Below, piece after piece: positions 15,992-18,564 of a DNA stretch of 18,564 bases. The notes below the pieces were generated by a model, which saw only the letters and a list, made by a program, of their open reading frames with translations, was not told the DNA's origin and searched no databases. The stretch's first letter is position 1. Each line of letters begins with the position of its first letter. Origin of the DNA: Fusobacteriota bacterium (lineage in GTDB: Bacteria > Fusobacteriota > Fusobacteriia > Fusobacteriales > JBNJFI01); the NCBI GenBank assembly GCA_051746725.1, contig JBNJFI010000038.1:1-18564 (forward strand), given 5' to 3'. The position numbers were made by a program, and so were the translations under genes.

Positions 15992-17538
15992 ATTATCTCT
16001 CCTTTTTTGTTTTTTTTATTATTATGTCTTATTTTTTTAGAAAATAAAAACAGACTAAAAATTATTAATATGTTAATCGCACTAAATGTCGAACTTTCTT
16101 GAAGAAGTCTTCTAGAAGCCATTGAATAATTTACAACACTGGCAATGGGAAAATACTCCTGCATCTGCATTGTATAAGCAATTGTAAACTCCCCGTAGAC
16201 AATCGCAAATATTTGCAAAAAAGTACTTATAAATATTGGCTTTAATATGGGAAATTCTATAAATCTAAATATTTGAAAATTTCTAGCTCCATCTATCTTT
16301 CCTGCTTCTATTAGAAAATAATCAAACCCTCTTATATGTTGATACATAAAAGAATATCCTATTGGAATCGTAATCAAGAGGTATCCAAGTCCAATTAATA
16401 CTGGATAAGGTATATAATACATAATATTTAAATATAATAAAACCATTCCTAAAAATGCCGAGGAAATTCCAATTGTTGATAAAATTATAAAGTTTGAAAA
16501 TTTCGTTTTATATTTTAGTAATAAATATACGAAAATTACGCTTAATAAAGAAACAATTCCTGAAATAAAAATTGAATTAAAAATTGATTCAATTACAGGA
16601 AAACTCTTATTAAATTCTTTTGAAAAGATTTTTGTTATTCCTTTAAAATTAAATTTACCTAAATAAAAATTATATACAGAAAAGATTAAACCTATTCCTA
16701 AAATCAAAAATTCAAATACCAAATAAAACACTGAAAATGAAGATATAAATAAATGCCGTTTTTTTTCTTTTATAAAATTTTCCTCTAATTTATATTCTTC
16801 TAAATTAGAAATTATTAAATTTACAACTGCTAAAAGTGAAAATTGTATTACTGCATATCCCAATGCTTTGGAAAAATTAAGAGAAGTTACAAGATTTTGA
16901 ACTATTGATACTTCAAAAGTAGAATATTTTATATTTCCTAGAGATAAAACTATTGCAAAACTTGTAAAACAATATGTAAAAACCAAGAAAAAGCCTCTAA
17001 AAACCGAGGGTAATATTATTGGTAACTCTATTTTAAAAAATAATTTAAACTTAGATAATCCATCTATTTTGGATTGTTCTATTAGAGTCTTTGGAACTTT
17101 TCTCAAAGCTTCTCCAATATATTTTACAAAAATTGGAGAATTATAAAATACATGTGCAATTATTATAGCTGTTAAACTATAATTGATTTCTAATTTTTTT
17201 ATTACAGGAATTGAATATATTATGGAAAAGGCTACAATTGCTGAAATTGGGGGAAAGAAAAACGGTATAAATACTGAGCTTTCAATCCACCTAGAGATAA
17301 AGTTTTTATGTTTAGATACATAATAAGCAGGGATTAAAGATATCAAAAAAGCAAAAAGTGTAGACAAAAAAGATTGTATCATGGTGTTTTTTAATATTCT
17401 CAAAGTCTTTGTCTCAAATATCTCTTTTAAACTAGATATTTCCATAAAATCTCTGAAGAAAATCAAAAAAGGGATAATCCATATCATAGAATAAATTATA
17501 TTTATTAAGATACTTCCTTTCCCCTTTTTTGAAATCAT
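15988..17538 (-). CDS. thiP: Thiamine ABC transporter permease (two fused TM domains, ThiP/FbpB type)
   Basis: Two EAA-like loops (IEQSKIDG, IEAGKIDGA), AHVFYNSP, FTYCFTSFAIVL and YGEF; lies directly downstream of thiB. Confidence 0.8.
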   Translation of the reverse strand: MISKKGKGSILINIIYSMIWIIPFLIFFRDFMEISSLKEIFETKTLRILKNTMIQSFLSTLFAFLISLIPAYYVSKHKNFISRWIESSVFIPFFFPPISAIVAFSIIYSIPVIKKLEINYSLTAIIIAHVFYNSPIFVKYIGEALRKVPKTLIEQSKIDGLSKFKLFFKIELPIILPSVFRGFFLVFTYCFTSFAIVLSLGNIKYSTFEVSIVQNLVTSLNFSKALGYAVIQFSLLAVVNLIISNLEEYKLEENFIKEKKRHLFISSFSVFYLVFEFLILGIGLIFSVYNFYLGKFNFKGITKIFSKEFNKSFPVIESIFNSIFISGIVSLLSVIFVYLLLKYKTKFSNFIILSTIGISSAFLGMVLLYLNIMYYIPYPVLIGLGYLLITIPIGYSFMYQHIRGFDYFLIEAGKIDGARNFQIFRFIEFPILKPIFISTFLQIFAIVYGEFTIAYTMQMQEYFPIASVVNYSMASRRLLQESSTFSAINILIIFSLFLFSKKIRHNNKKNKKGEII

Positions 17539-17549
17539 ATTTTCTCCTT

Positions 17550-18536
17550 TTATTTATTATTAGTCATTATTTCTTCCCATTTATTTAACCATTTATCTAA
17601 ATTATCTTCAACCTTTTTTGGATCTAATTCCACTATTTTTTCTGGAGTAACAGCATAATCAAATGCTTTTGGCATTTTTATATTTTGAACAGGAAACATC
17701 CATTGATTTAAAGGTATTTCTCCCTGGAAGTCATCACTTAGCATAAACTTAATAAAAGTATTTGCCAATTTTGAGTTTTCGGTTCCTTTTACAATTCCGA
17801 CTCCTTCTCTCTGGATATATCCACCTTCATCTGGTATTAAAGCCTTATATTTTGTACTTTCATAATTATGATATGAATAAGCTCCATCTGTTGCATAACT
17901 TACCATCATAGGAGCTTCTCCTACTTCAAATTTTGAAAAAGATTCACTCCAGCCAGGTGTTACTGTTAAAATAGCTGGTTTTAAATTTTCCCAAAATTCT
18001 TGCCAGTTATCACCATATATTGCAATTGTCCATAGTAAAAAATCCTGTCCAGTTGTTGAAGTTCTTGGATCTTGAATTATCAATTTGTTTTTTAAATTAG
18101 TTATATCTTTGAAACTTTCAGGCTTATTTTCTAAATTTTCTGGGTTATATATAATTGCCAACCCTCCATAATCATAAGGTACAACATATCCATCTTTATC
18201 GAATATTATTTCTTTCGAATCTATCTTATCATAAATATCTGAATCTACTTTTTCTAATAAATCTTTACTTTTTGCCTTTGCTGCTAAAGTAGGAGTAAAA
18301 CCTATCACGACATCTCCTCTACTTCTATTTTTCTCAAGATTTAATCTCGCCAAAATTTTTCCAGTATTTCCAAATTTTACAACTTTAACCTCGCAATCAT
18401 TTTCTTCTTCAAATTTAGAAATCATCTTATCTTCTACCCAACCAAAACTATCATAGGTATATACTGTTAATTTTTCCTTTCCAAAAACATTTAACATTAA
18501 AACCACCATTAAACTTAGAACTAATACTTTTTTCAT
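17550..18536 (-). CDS. thiB: Thiamine ABC transporter substrate-binding protein ThiB/TbpA
   Basis: Signal peptide without lipobox; LTVYTYDSF, PYDYG, DPRTSTTG, WSESF, GEAPMMVSYATD and NQWMFPV motifs; GGAGG at 18544-18548. Confidence 0.9.
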   Translation of the reverse strand: MKKVLVLSLMVVLMLNVFGKEKLTVYTYDSFGWVEDKMISKFEEENDCEVKVVKFGNTGKILARLNLEKNRSRGDVVIGFTPTLAAKAKSKDLLEKVDSDIYDKIDSKEIIFDKDGYVVPYDYGGLAIIYNPENLENKPESFKDITNLKNKLIIQDPRTSTTGQDFLLWTIAIYGDNWQEFWENLKPAILTVTPGWSESFSKFEVGEAPMMVSYATDGAYSYHNYESTKYKALIPDEGGYIQREGVGIVKGTENSKLANTFIKFMLSDDFQGEIPLNQWMFPVQNIKMPKAFDYAVTPEKIVELDPKKVEDNLDKWLNKWEEIMTNNK

Positions 18537-18564
18537 TTTCCTACCTCCATTTTATTTAAATTAT

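Noticed and set aside
18537..18564. TPP riboswitch upstream of thiB
   Set aside because: Expected from context, but only 28 nt of upstream sequence are in the window and no aptamer sequence is visible.

Overview
Very AT-rich bacterial chromosomal window (roughly 25% GC by eye). The host is probably a diderm anaerobe: the ThiB signal peptide has no lipobox, and the long RecJ, TmcAL and PBP1A look Fusobacteriota-like (inference only). There are 13 protein genes: recJ (long C-terminal extension), tmcAL, a membrane-anchored alpha/beta hydrolase, rlmN, a class A PBP, a flippase-like membrane protein overlapping a phosphoesterase-fold/TM/GT4 glycosyltransferase fusion, zupT, an EAL-CBS-GGDEF protein, a stand-alone DnaE-type PHP domain, an FlK-like thioesterase and thiamine ABC thiP/thiB. 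Four intrinsic terminators and several promoters are visible. The most notable observations are: (1) a probable glycolipid synthase fused across a membrane to a metallophosphoesterase-fold domain that has lost essentially all metal ligands, a candidate one-component sensor-synthase paired with a flippase-like protein; (2) four TTAC boxes at an exact 11-bp period (Pho-box-like) before a RapA-like c-di-GMP enzyme; (3) a ~260-bp MITE-like element carrying an inverted REP-like hairpin pair whose four differences are all compensatory; (4) a catalytically eroded stand-alone Pol III PHP domain; (5) a degenerate helicase-like tail on RecJ. No rRNA, tRNA, CRISPR array or transposase gene was seen.
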